DNA of 64,000 bases. It comes from Phyllobates terribilis. Lineage: Eukaryota. Made by a program: the position numbers and the translations under genes. Below are positions 11,306 through 22,100 of this stretch, piece after piece. The notes beneath the pieces are model-generated. The model was not told the DNA's origin and made no database searches. It was given only the letters and a program-made list of their open reading frames with translations. Numbering within the stretch: the first letter of the stretch is position 1; the number at the start of each line of letters is the position of its first letter. Location: positions 1,230,762,001-1,230,826,000 of the forward strand of contig NW_027362761.1 in the NCBI RefSeq assembly GCF_046119375.1. Direction: 5' to 3'.

Positions 11306-14300
11306 CATGTGATCAGAGGGGCAGGAGATAATGGATCGTGTGATCGCAGGGAGGGGGCGGAGATAATGGATCATGTGATCGCAGGGAGGGGGCGGAGATA
11401 ATGGATCGTGTGGTGGCGGGGAGGGGGCGGAGATAATGGATCATGTGATCGCAGGGAGGGGGCGGAGATAATGGATCATGTGATCGCAGGGAGGGGGCAG
11501 AGATAATGGATCGTGTGATCGCAGGGAGGGGGCGGAGATAATGGATCGTGTGATCGCGGGGAGGGGGCGGAGATAATGGATCGTGTGGTGGCGGGGAAGG
11601 GGCGGAGATAATGGATCGTGTGGTGGCGGGGAGGGGGCGGAGATAATGGATCGTGTGGTGGCGGGGAGGGGGCGGAGATAATGGATCGTGTGGTGGCGGG
11701 GAGGGGGCGGAGATAATGGATCGTGTGGTGGCGGGGAGGGGGCGGAGATAATGGATCGTGTGGTGGCGGGGAGGGGGCGGAGATAATGGATCGTGTGGTG
11801 GCGGGGAAGGGGCGGAGATGATGGATCGTGTGGTGGCGGGGAAGGGGCGGAGATAATGGATCGTGTGGTGGCGGGGAGGGGGGCGGAGATAATGGATCGT
11901 GTGGTGGCGGGGAGGGGGGCGGAGATAATGGATCGTGTGGTGGCGGGGAGGGGGGCGGAGATAATGGATCGTGTGGTGGCGGGGAGGGGGGCGGAGATAA
12001 TGGATCGTGTGGTGGCGGGGAGGGGGGCGGAGATAATGGATCGTGTGGTGGCGGGGAGGGGGGCGGAGATAATGGATCGTGTGGTGGCGGGGAGGGGGGC
12101 GGAGATAATGGATCGTGTGGTGGCGGGGAGGGGGGCGGAGATAATGGATCGTGTGGTGGCGGGGAGGGGGGCGGAGATAATGGATCGTGTGGTGGCGGGG
12201 AGGGGGGCGGAGATAATGGATCGTGTGGTGGCGGGGAGGAGGGCGGAGATAATGGATCGTGTGGTGGCGGGGAGGGGGGCGGAGATAATGGATCGTGTGG
12301 TGGCGGGGAGGGGGGCGGAGATAATGGATCGTGTGGTGGCGGGGAGGGGGGCGGAGATAATGGATCGTGTGGTGGCGGGGAGGGGGGCGGAGATAATGGA
12401 TCGTGTGGTGGCGGGGAGGGGGGCGGAGATAATGGATCGTGTGGTGGCGGGGAGGGGGGCGGAGATAATGGATCGTGTGGTGGCGGGGAGGGGGCGGAGA
12501 TAATGGATCGTGTGGTGGCGGGGAAGGGGCGGAGATAATGGATCGTGTGGTGGCGGGGAAGGGGCGGAGATAATGGATCGTGTGGTGGCGGGGAAGGGGC
12601 GGAGATAATGGATCGTGTGGTGGCGGGGAAGGGGCGGAGATAATGGATCGTGTGGTGGCGGGGAGGGGGCGGAGATAATGGATCGTGTGGCGGCGGGGAG
12701 GGGGCGGAGATAATGGATCGTGTGGCGGCGGGGAGGGGGCGGGGATAGTGGATCGTGTGGCGGGGAGGGGGCGGGGATAGTGGATCGTGTGGCGGCAGGG
12801 ATAGTGGATCGTGTGGTGGCGGGGAAGGGGCGGAGATAATGGATCGTGTGGTGGCGGGGAGGGGGCGGAGATAATGGATCGTGTGGCGGCGGGGAGGGGG
12901 CGGGGATAGTGGATCGTGTGGCGGCGGGGATAGTGGATCGTGTGGCGGCGGGGAGGGGGCGGAGATAATGGATCGTGTGGTGGCGGGGAAGGGGCGGAGA
13001 TAATGGATCGTGTGGTGGCGGGGAGGGGGCGGAGATAATGGATCGTGTGGTGGCGGGGAGGGGGCGGAGATAATGGATCGTGTGGTGGCGGGGAGGGGGC
13101 GGAGATAATGGATCGTGTGGTGGCGGGGAGGGGGCGGAGATAATGGATCGTGTGGTGGCGGGGAGGGGGCGGAGATAATGGATCGTGTGGTGGCGGGGAG
13201 GAGATAATGGATCGTGTGGTGGCGGGGAGGGGGTGGAGATAATGGATCGTGTGGTGGCGGGGAAGGGGCGGGGATAGTGGATCGTGTGACGGGGAGGGGG
13301 CGGGGATAGTGGATCGTGTGGTGGCGGGGAAGGGGCGGAGATAATGGATCGTGTGGTGGCGGGGAGGGGGCGGAGATAATGGATCGTGTGGTGGCGGGGA
13401 GGGGGCGGAGATAATGGATCGTGTGGTGGCGGGGAGGGGGCGGGGATAGTGGATCGTGTGGTGGCGGGGAAGGGGCGGAGATAATGGATCGTGTGGTGGC
13501 GGGGAGGGGGCGGAGATAATGGATCGTGTGGCGGCGGGGAGGGGGCGGGGATAGTGGATCGTGTGGCGGCGGGGATAGTGGATCGTGTGGCGGCGGGGAG
13601 GGGGCGGAGATAATGGATCGTGTGGTGGCGGGGAAGGGGCGGAGATAATGGATCGTGTGGTGGCGGGGAGGGGGCGGAGATAATGGATCGTGTGGTGGCG
13701 GGGAGGGGGCGGAGATAATGGATCGTGTGGTGGCGGGGAGGGGGCGGAGATAATGGATCGTGTGGTGGCGGGGAGGGGGCGGAGATAATGGATCGTGTGG
13801 TGGCGGGGAGGGGGCGGAGATAATGGATCGTGTGGTGGCGGGGAGGAGATAATGGATCGTGTGGTGGCGGGGAGGGGGTGGAGATAATGGATCGTGTGGT
13901 GGCGGGGAAGGGGCGGGGATAGTGGATCGTGTGACGGGGAGGGGGCGGGGATAGTGGATCGTGTGGCGGCAGGGATAGTGGATCGTGTGGTGGCGGGGAA
14001 GGGGCGGAGATAATGGATCGTGTGGTGGCGGGGAGGGGGCGGAGATAATGGATCGTGTGGCGGCGGGGAGGGGGCGGGGATAGTGGATCGTGTGGCGGCG
14101 GGGATAGTGGATCGTGTGGCGGCGGGGAGGGGGCGGAGATAATGGATCGTGTGGTGGCGGGGAAGGGGCGGAGATAATGGATCGTGTGGTGGCGGGGAGG
14201 GGGCGGAGATAATGGATCGTGTGGTGGCGGGGAGGGGGCGGAGATAATGGATCGTGTGGTGGCGGGGAGGGGGCGGAGATAATGGATCGTGTGGTGGCGG

Positions 14301-15315
14301 GGAGGGGGCGGAGATAATGGATCGTGTGGTGGCGGGGAGGGGGCGGAGATAATGGATCGTGTGGTGGCGGGGAGGAGATAATGGATCGTGTGGTGGCGGG
14401 GAGGGGGTGGAGATAATGGATCGTGTGGTGGCGGGGAAGGGGCGGGGATAGTGGATCGTGTGACGGGGAGGGGGCGGGGATAGTGGATCGTGTGGTGGCG
14501 GGGAAGGGGCGGAGATAATGGATCGTGTGGTGGCGGGGAGGGGGCGGAGATAATGGATCGTGTGGTGGCGGGGAGGGGGCGGAGATAATGGATCGTGTGG
14601 TGGCGGGGAGGGGGCGGGGATAGTGGATCGTGTGGTGGCGGGGAAGGGGCGGAGATAATGGATCGTGTGGTGGCGGGGAGGGGGCGGAGATAATGGATCG
14701 TGTGGCGGCGGGGAGGGGGCGGGGATAGTGGATCGTGTGGCGGCGGGGATAGTGGATCGTGTGGCGGCGGGGAGGGGGCGGAGATAATGGATCGTGTGGT
14801 GGCGGGGAGGGGGCGGAGATAATGGATCGTGTGGTGGCGGGGAGGGGGCGGAGATAATGGATCGTGTGGTGGCGGGGAGGGGGCGGAGATAATGGATCGT
14901 GTGGTGGCGGGGAGGAGATAATGGATCGTGTGGTGGCGGGGAGGGGGTGGAGATAATGGATCGTGTGGTGGCGGGGAAGGGGCGGGGATAGTGGATCGTG
15001 TGACGGGGAGGGGGCGGGGATAGTGGATCGTGTGGCGGCAGGGATAGTGGATCGTGTGGTGGCGGGGAAGGGGCGGAGATAATGGATCGTGTGGTGGCGG
15101 GGAGGGGGCGGAGATAATGGATCGTGTGGTGGCGGGGAGGGGGCGGAGATAATGGATCGTGTGGTGGCGGGGAGGGGGCGGGGATAGTGGATCGTGTGGC
15201 GGCGGGGAGGGGGCGGAGATAGTGGATCGTGAGGGGGCGGGGATAGTGGATCGTGTGGCGGCGGGGAGGGGGCGGGGATAGTGGATCGTGTGGCGGCGGG
15301 GAGGGGGCGGAGATT
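11306..15315. repeat. G-rich 35-bp minisatellite (~115 units; homogeneous 36-bp block ~11865-12480) filling the 4.1-kb AUP1 intron
   Basis: Unit ggagataatggatcgtgtggtggcggggagggggc. Confidence 0.97.
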
Positions 15316-15384
15316 ATAGCCTTCCTTGTAGTAGATCTGCTGTTCTGGTACATGGTGGTGATTTGCGTTTTCTGCCGTCCTCAG

Positions 15385-15503
15385 CTCAGACCGGATGTGT
15401 AGACGCCACGATCACAAACCTGATAGAAGGACGAGTCCCGTATCTGCCTGAGGAGGAATCGCACCCAGGAAGCGAGACGGCGAGGGGGACGGCAGGCTCC
15501 AAG
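15385..15503 (+). CDS. AUP1: AUP1 119-bp exon (A)QTGCVDATITNLIEGRVPYLPEEESHPGSETARGTAGSK (end of CUE domain)
   Basis: Matches KTGCVDLTITNLLEG; cctcAG acceptor, GTAACG donor; phase 1 matches the previous exon. Confidence 0.93.
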
Positions 15504-15572
15504 GTAACGCTGCCCCTCATAGGAGGTGGTCAGGTGACATAAGGGATGGGCCATGCGGTGTGTCCTTGTCAA

Positions 15573-15660
15573 GGTGTAGTGGCCTGGCGCCGCGAGGGGA
15601 CTGGTGTAGGGGTCTGGCGCCGCGAGGGGACTGGTGTAGGGGTCTGGCGGCGCACAGGGA
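15573..15660. repeat. 30-bp tandem triplication inside a 215-bp AUP1 intron
   Basis: ggtgtag(t/g)gg(c/t)ctggcgccgcgaggggact, ~2.9 copies. Confidence 0.9.
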
Positions 15661-15718
15661 TGGACTTTGTGGTGTTATTCTGGTGCTTCCTTACTCACTG
15701 GACGATTCTTCTTCTCAG

Positions 15719-15807
15719 CCGACACCGCGGGGTTTTGCTCGTAGACCGGAGGACAGACACCTCTCATTACAGGAGCGGAAGGAGGCGCTGTACGACTGTG
15801 CCCGCAG
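15719..15807 (+). CDS. AUP1: AUP1 89-bp exon PTPRGFARRPEDRHLSLQERKEALYDCARR (G2BR, Ube2g2-binding region)
   Basis: SLQERKEALYDCARR matches AUP1 G2BR SLQERKQALYEYARR; cttctcAG acceptor, GTGGGT donor. Confidence 0.93.
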
Positions 15808-15928
15808 GTGGGTGACCTCGCTGCTGGGGGGACTCTGACTGCCGGGGGTCTCTTACTGTTGGGTGAAGGGGGGTAACTCTCCCTGCCAGGGGCTTTGCTT
15901 TTCATGGCTGCATCCATCTCTCTTGCAG

Positions 15929-15983
15929 GAAATATCTGGAGAAGTTTGGAGGAGTCGCTGCAGCGAAGGAGAAGAGCGAATGA
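15929..15983 (+). CDS. AUP1: AUP1 terminal coding exon (R)KYLEKFGGVAAAKEKSE*
   Basis: tcttgcAG acceptor; phase 2 consistent; TGA at 15981-15983; AATAAA about 170 bp downstream. Confidence 0.85.
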
Positions 15984-16151
15984 TGGAAACATGGGAGAGG
16001 AGGACGGGACCATCGCACGGGGCCGAGGGGGGCGGCATCTCCTGGGCGGCTATATGGACGCCGGCAGCTGCTCCTCTGCAACTGGTTACTGATGATGAGG
16101 GTTGTGCTCGGGGGTCGTCACTGTACATAATACGCAGGATATTTTTTAAGA

Positions 16152-16157
16152 AATAAA
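16152..16157 (+). terminator. AUP1: AUP1 polyadenylation signal
   Basis: AATAAA followed by a GT-rich downstream segment (tgattgtgccatgtgggg). Confidence 0.75.
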
Positions 16158-16290
16158 ATGTAATTATGATTGTGCCATGTGGGGAGTGACTCCGCATCAC
16201 CCCACTGTAAGCTCTTATGATCAGCGGGGGTCTTCACTCTACTGTAAAGTGTAAGCTGTCATAGTCAGCTTCTCCACTCTGCTCTCCAGT

Positions 16291-16845
16291 GTCTCCGGTC
16301 TCCCCGCGCTGGGCCGCCTGCCCTCCCAGCGTCTCCGGTCTCCCCGCGCTGGGCCGCCTGCCCTCCCAGCGTCTCCGGTCTCCCCGCGCTGGGCCGCCTG
16401 CCCTCCCAGCGTCTCCGGTCTCCCCGCGCTGGGCCGCCTGCCCTCCCAGCGTCTCCGGTCTCCCCGCGCTGGGCCGCCTGCCCTCCCAGCGTCTCCGGTC
16501 TCCCCGCGCTGGGCCGCCTGCCCTCCCAGCGTCTCCGGTCTCCCCGCGCTGGGCCGCCTGCCCTCCCAGCGTCTCCGGTCTCCCCGCGCTGGGCCGCCTG
16601 CCCTCCCAGCGTCTCCGGTCTCCCCGCGCTGGGCCGCCTGCCCTCCCAGCGTCTCCGGTCTCCCCGCGCTGGGCCGCCTGCCCTCCCAGCGTCTCCGGTC
16701 TCCCCGCGCTGGGCCGCCTGCCCTCCCAGCGTCTCCGGTCTCCCCGCGCTGGGCCGCCTGCCCTCCCAGCGTCTCCGGTCTCCCCGCGCTGGGCCGCCTG
16801 CCCTCCCAGCGTCTCCGGTCTCCCTGCGCTGGGCCATTTACACTC
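16291..16845. repeat. Perfect 40-bp GC/CpG-rich array (13 identical copies plus a partial), a variant of the 39-bp satellite at 19-39 kb
   Basis: Unit gtctccggtctccccgcgctgggccgcctgccctcccagc at exact 40-bp spacing from 16291 to 16811. Confidence 0.97.
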
Positions 16846-16850
16846 CAGTA

Positions 16851-17013
16851 CAGTGTTTCTCAACTCCTGTCCTAAAGACCCACCAACCGATCACGTTTTC
16901 ACGATTTCCATTCACATTGCACAAGTGATGGAATTATCACCTGGGCAATATAAAGGAAATCCAGAAAACATGACCTGTTGGCGAGTCTTTAGGACAGGAG
17001 TTGAGAAACATTG
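16851..17013. mobile_element. 163-bp hAT-type MITE inserted in a satellite unit
   Basis: ~59-bp TIRs CAGTGTTTCTCAACTCCTGTCCTAAAGAC.../...GTCTTTAGGACAGGAGTTGAGAAACATTG; 8-bp flanks ctccagta/ctccagcg (6/8, TSD-like). CAG ends plus an 8-bp TSD indicate hAT. Confidence 0.88.
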
Positions 17014-17083
17014 CTCCAGCGTCTTTGGTCTCCTCACCATGGGCCAGCTACTTTCCAGCTTCTCCTGTCTCCTCACATTGAGC

Positions 17084-19110
17084 TGTGAAGACCCGGGGTC
17101 TTCTGTGGGCTTAACGCTACTCCGACAACAGGGTGCGGGTAAAACAGCGTGGCAATACTTTGGTGGTGCAATAAACAGACAATAACACATAGAACAGTCC
17201 CAGCAACTACCCAAGATGGTACAACATTGCACAGTCTCACCCTTCCGCTGGCCCACTGGGAATAGAGCAACTGCGATTTTGGGACAACTACCTCAACCAG
17301 TTGCTCCCTGCTTTTGGCGGGCACCCGCAGAGAGGAAGTAGCAGCAAGCTTAGGAAGCTGACAGTGCATCGAGGTACAAGACCAGGAGACCCGAAGCGCC
17401 CACCCTGGCTTTCTCCAAACATATGCATGGATCCAGGTGACCGGATGATCCCAACCTGGATTTCTCTGGGTGTCTATCTGTAAAGATCTGAGATTGTGGG
17501 TTTTATTAATCACCTAGGCAGGTTAACGATGCAACCATGTTTTATCCCTTACATCCAAGGTAATACAGCAATTCCAGGTAAATTTCCAAAATACAATTGT
17601 CTCAGTTCACAAGATCCCCCTCCCTGGGACGGTAGTGCCACTGCCTTTGTGCCAGTATAGTCTGTAGTCACAGTACCCAATCCTCCGGACAACAGGTAAA
17701 ACAATGGAATCACAGGTATCCAGTATCAACAATCCTTTAAGAAAGTTTAAATCCAAACGACAGATCCCACGCTCTGTAAGCCATTCATTCATCGGCTCCA
17801 CGTCCCAGCCATCGATCCTATCCCTTCAGCGTCCTTCCACCAACTCGACTAAAACGTGGCTTCTCTTTTCTCTCTCCCTAGAATCAGCCCGCTTAGACAT
17901 TTTCGTTTAGCTAGAAGAATGAAAAATCTTTCCATCACTGGTGACCCCCTGCGGTAATGAACAATGGCTTAAGGCTCCTGAGATAAGGTCACTGAATGGA
18001 AGCATTGATACCAGAGGTTGAACTGATGAGCAAACAAGTTACTAATAAAACACAGCAAGCAAATTTCTAACAAATCACAACAAAAAGATCGACAAAAATT
18101 GGTGCTCCATCCTGGAAAAGTCTTCAGTAAATGGGCAGCTTCTCACAGACCTCCCCCACTTTTCAAACACAGACACAAATGTAAGAGGTTTCACCTTTTG
18201 AGAACGAAACTTTGCTTTGAGGAAACTGGATGATAAATATTGTATGTTGCCGTTGCGAATATACTCCACAGTCCCCATTCTATCCTGGTATAACTCAGTA
18301 TAATAGACCTCTCCAGCTTCTCTCATGATCTTTCAGGTCCTTCCAACCCAGATGGGGGAAGCCCTGAGATGAGGACTCTGTATTTATTTGGCTGGGACAG
18401 GGATCTCTCCCTCTCGTGGGGTCCTCCATATCCTGCCCTTGTTCACCGGTTTGTCCTGGGAAACACCACACGTACCCAATGAGAGCCAAACTTGTATCCA
18501 TTGCGACCAACCCAAGAGTGCTGACCCCCAGCTAGGGGGATAGGTAAATCGTGTTCTTGGGGTACAATATCTGGGCTGACCAGGGTGATAGTAGAACCTG
18601 TGTCCCGAAGTCCCTGGGGCTCCTCCCTGATGTAATTTACCTCCCCTAGGACACCTTTCTTCATGGTATCAGTCTTTGCATTTTGTGTATTACTCCCCGC
18701 TGGTGGGGGGGTTAGTCTTCAGCATGTTGAAATTGCTCCTTACCCTCACTGCGTCAGCCGAGTTAACCGGTCATTGGCTTTGGGTTACGACACTGGGCCG
18801 GTGGCATACCAATCCTCCTCCCAGGTTATAATGTGGGCTAGAACATTCCTGGCAAAATGTCCCATGCGTCCACAGTTATGGCAGCTTAACCCTCTTTGCT
18901 CTGAAGTGGGCCGTACTTGGGGGCTAGGGAAATCTTCCCCTCTTTGTGAAGTTCAAAATCCCCACAGTGCCTCCTCTGGCCGGTCCATGGGTCTTGTGGG
19001 CCTCCCTCTAAGCTCCTGTTCCCGACTCGCTGGGGCTGTACTTCCACATAGCCATGGTCGATTAGCAGACCAATCATCAGCCGATCTTGCAGCTTCATCA
19101 AGACTGAGTG
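17084..19110 (-). mobile_element. Truncated Ty3/Gypsy remnant: 3' LTR 17084-17611, PPT 17615-17625, degenerate protease and gag zinc knuckle; no 5' LTR
   Basis: LTR ends TGTGAA...TTCACA; PPT AGGGAGGGGGA; minus-strand GLRDTGSTITLV (DTG at 18596-18604) and CHNCGRMGHFARN (18842-18883); the LTR is homologous to 53825-54627. Confidence 0.82.
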
Positions 19111-22100
19111 GTTTTCTATCCGCCACTCCTCAGCCGTCTACTCTCCAGGGTCTCCGATCTCCTCACACTGAGCCGTCTACACTCCAGCGTCTGGTCTCCT
19201 CACACTGAGCCGTCTACTCTCCGGTCTCCTCACATTGAGCCATCTACTCTCCAGCATCTCCAGTCTCCTCACAGTGTGCTGCCTACTCTCCAGCGTCTCA
19301 GATCTTCTTACACTGGGCCGCCTACTCTCCAGCGTCTCCGGTCTCAGCTGTCTACTTTCCAGCATCTCCGGTCTTCTCACATTGAGCCATCTACTCCAGC
19401 ATCTCCGGTCTCCTCTCACTGAGCCTTTTACTCTCCTGACACTGAGCTGTCTACTCTCCAGCTTCTCCGGTCTCCTCAGCTGTCTACTTTCCGGCGCCTC
19501 CAGTCTTCTCACACTGAGCAGTCTACACTCCAGCGTCTCTGGTCTCCTCACACTGAGCCGACTACTCTCTAGCGTCTCCGGTCTCCTTAGCTATCAACTC
19601 TCCAGCATCCCTAGTTTTCTCACACTGGGCCATCTACTCTCTAGCATCTCCGGTCTCCTCAGCTGTCTACTCTACAGCATCTGCGGTCTTCTCACACTGG
19701 GCCGTTTACTCTCCAGCGTCTCCTGTCTACTCACACTCAGCCATTTACTCTCCAGCATCTACTGTCTCCTCACACTGAGCCGTCTACTCTCCATCGTCTC
19801 CTGACACTGAGCTGTCTATTCTGTCTCCTCAGCCGTCTACTCTCCAGCGTCTCCGGTTTCCTCAGCTGTCTACTTTCCAGCATCTCCGGTCTCCTCAGCC
19901 GTCTACTCTCCAGCGTCTCCGGTTTCCTCAGCCGTCTACTCTACAGCGTCTCCGGTCTTCTCACACTGGGCCGTCTATTCGCCAGCGTCTCCGGTCTCCT
20001 CACACTGAGCCGTCTACTCTCCATCATCTCCGGTCTCCTCAGCTGTCTACTCTCCAGCGTCTTCGGTCTTCTCACACTGGGCCGTCTACTCTCCAGCGTC
20101 TCCCATCTACTCTCCAGCGTCTCTGGTCTCCTCACACTGAGCCGGCTGCTCTCCATCGTCTCCGGTCTCCTGACACTGAGCCGTCTGCTCTCCTGTCTCC
20201 TCAGCCGTCTACTCTCCAGCTTCTCTGGTCTCCTCACTTTGAGGTGTCTACTCTACAGTGTCTCCGGTTTCCTCAGCAGTCTACTCTCCAGCATCTCCGA
20301 TCTCCTCAGCCGTCTACTATCCAGTGTCTCCGGTCTCCTCACACTAAGCTGTACTCTCCAGCGTCTCCAGTTTCCTCACACTGAGCAGTCTACTCTCCAG
20401 CATCTCCCATCTACTCTCCAGCGTCTCTGGTCTTCTCACACTGGGCCGTCTACTCTCCAGAGTATCCGGTCTCCTCACACTGAGCCGTCTACTCTCCAGC
20501 ATCTCCCATCTCCTCAGCCGTCTACTCTCCAGTGTCTCCAGTCTCCTCAGTTGTCTACTCTCCAGTGTCTCCAGTCTCCTCAGTTGTCTACTCTCCAGCG
20601 TCTCCGGTCTCCTCACACTGAGCAGTCTACTCTCCGTCTCCGGTCTCCTCACACTAAGCCGTCTACTCTCCAGCGTCTCCGGTCTCCTCACACTAAGCCG
20701 TCTATTCTCCAGCGTCTCCGGTCTCCTCACACTAAGCCGTCTACTCTCCAGCGTCTCCGATCTCCTCAGCTGTCTACTGTCCAGCGTCTCCGGTCTCCTC
20801 AGTCGTCTACTCTCCAGCGTCTCTGGTCTCCTCACCTGTCTACTCTCCAGCGTCACTGGTCTCCTCAGCTGTCTACTCTCCAGCGTCACCGGTCTTCTCA
20901 CACTGGGCTGTGTTCTCTCCAGCATTTCCGGTCTCCTCAGCTGTCTACTCTCCAGCATCTCCGGTCTTCTTACACTGAGCCGTCTACTCTCCAGGGTCTC
21001 CGATCTCCTCAGCTGTCTACTGTCCAGCATCTCCGGTCTCCTCAGTCGTCTACTCTCCAGCGTCTCCAGTCTCCTCAGCTGTCTACTCTCCAGAGTCTTC
21101 GGTCTTCTCACACTGGGCCGTCTACTCCAGCATCTCCGGTCTCCTCACACTGAGCCTTCTACTCTCCAGTCTCCTCAGCTATCTACTCTCCAGCGTCTCC
21201 GGTCTCCTCAGCTGTCTACTTTCCAGCGCCTACTTTCCGTCCTTCTCACACTGAGCAGTCTACTCTCCAGCGTCTCCGGTCTCCTCACACTGAGCCGACT
21301 ACTCTCCAGCATCTCCGGTCTCCTTAGCTATCTACTCTCCAGCATCTCTAGTTTTCTCACACTGGGCCATCTACTCTCCAGCATCTCCGGTCTCCTCAGC
21401 TGTCTACTCTCCAGCATCTCCGGTCTCCTCACACTGAGCCGACTACTCTCCAGCATCTCCGGTCTCCTTAGCTATCTACTCTCCAGCATCTCTAGTTTTC
21501 TCACACTGGGCCATCTACTCTCCAGCATCTCCGGTCTCCTCAGCTGTCTACTCTCCAGCATCTCCGGTCTTCTCACACTGGGCCGTCTACACTCCAGCGT
21601 CTGGTCTCCTCACACTGAGCCGTCTACTCTCCGGTCTCCTCACACTGAGCCATCTTCTCTCCAACATCTCCAGTCTCCTCACAGTGTGCTGCCTACTCTC
21701 CAGCGTCTCAGATCTTCTTACACTGGGCCGTCTACTCTCCAGCGTCTCCGGTCTCAGCTGTCTACTTTCCAGCATCTCCGGTCTTCTCACACTGAGCCAT
21801 CTACTCCAGCATCTCCGGTCTCCTCTCACTGAGCCTTTTACTCTCCTGACACTGAGCTGTCTACTCTCCAGCTTCTCCGGTCTCCTCAGCTGTCTACTTT
21901 CCAGCGCCTCCGGTCTTCTCACACTGAGCAGTCTACACTCCAGCGTCTCTGGTCTCCTCACACTGAGCCGACTACTCTCTAGCGTCTCCGGTCTCCTTAG
22001 CTATCAACTCTCCAGCATCCCTAGTTTTCTCACACTGGGCCATCTACTCTCTAGCATCTCCGGTCTCCTCAGCTGTCTACTCTACAGCATCTGCGGTCTT

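Noticed and set aside
206-15353. Very long ORFs (up to 1498 aa) in 0-15 kb
   Set aside because: They are translations of stop-free minisatellite monomers, open in several frames and on both strands; only the short HTRA2 and AUP1 exon segments have protein homology.
15385-15389. Second AG 5 nt downstream of the AUP1 acceptor
   Set aside because: Using it would shift the frame and break the CUE domain.
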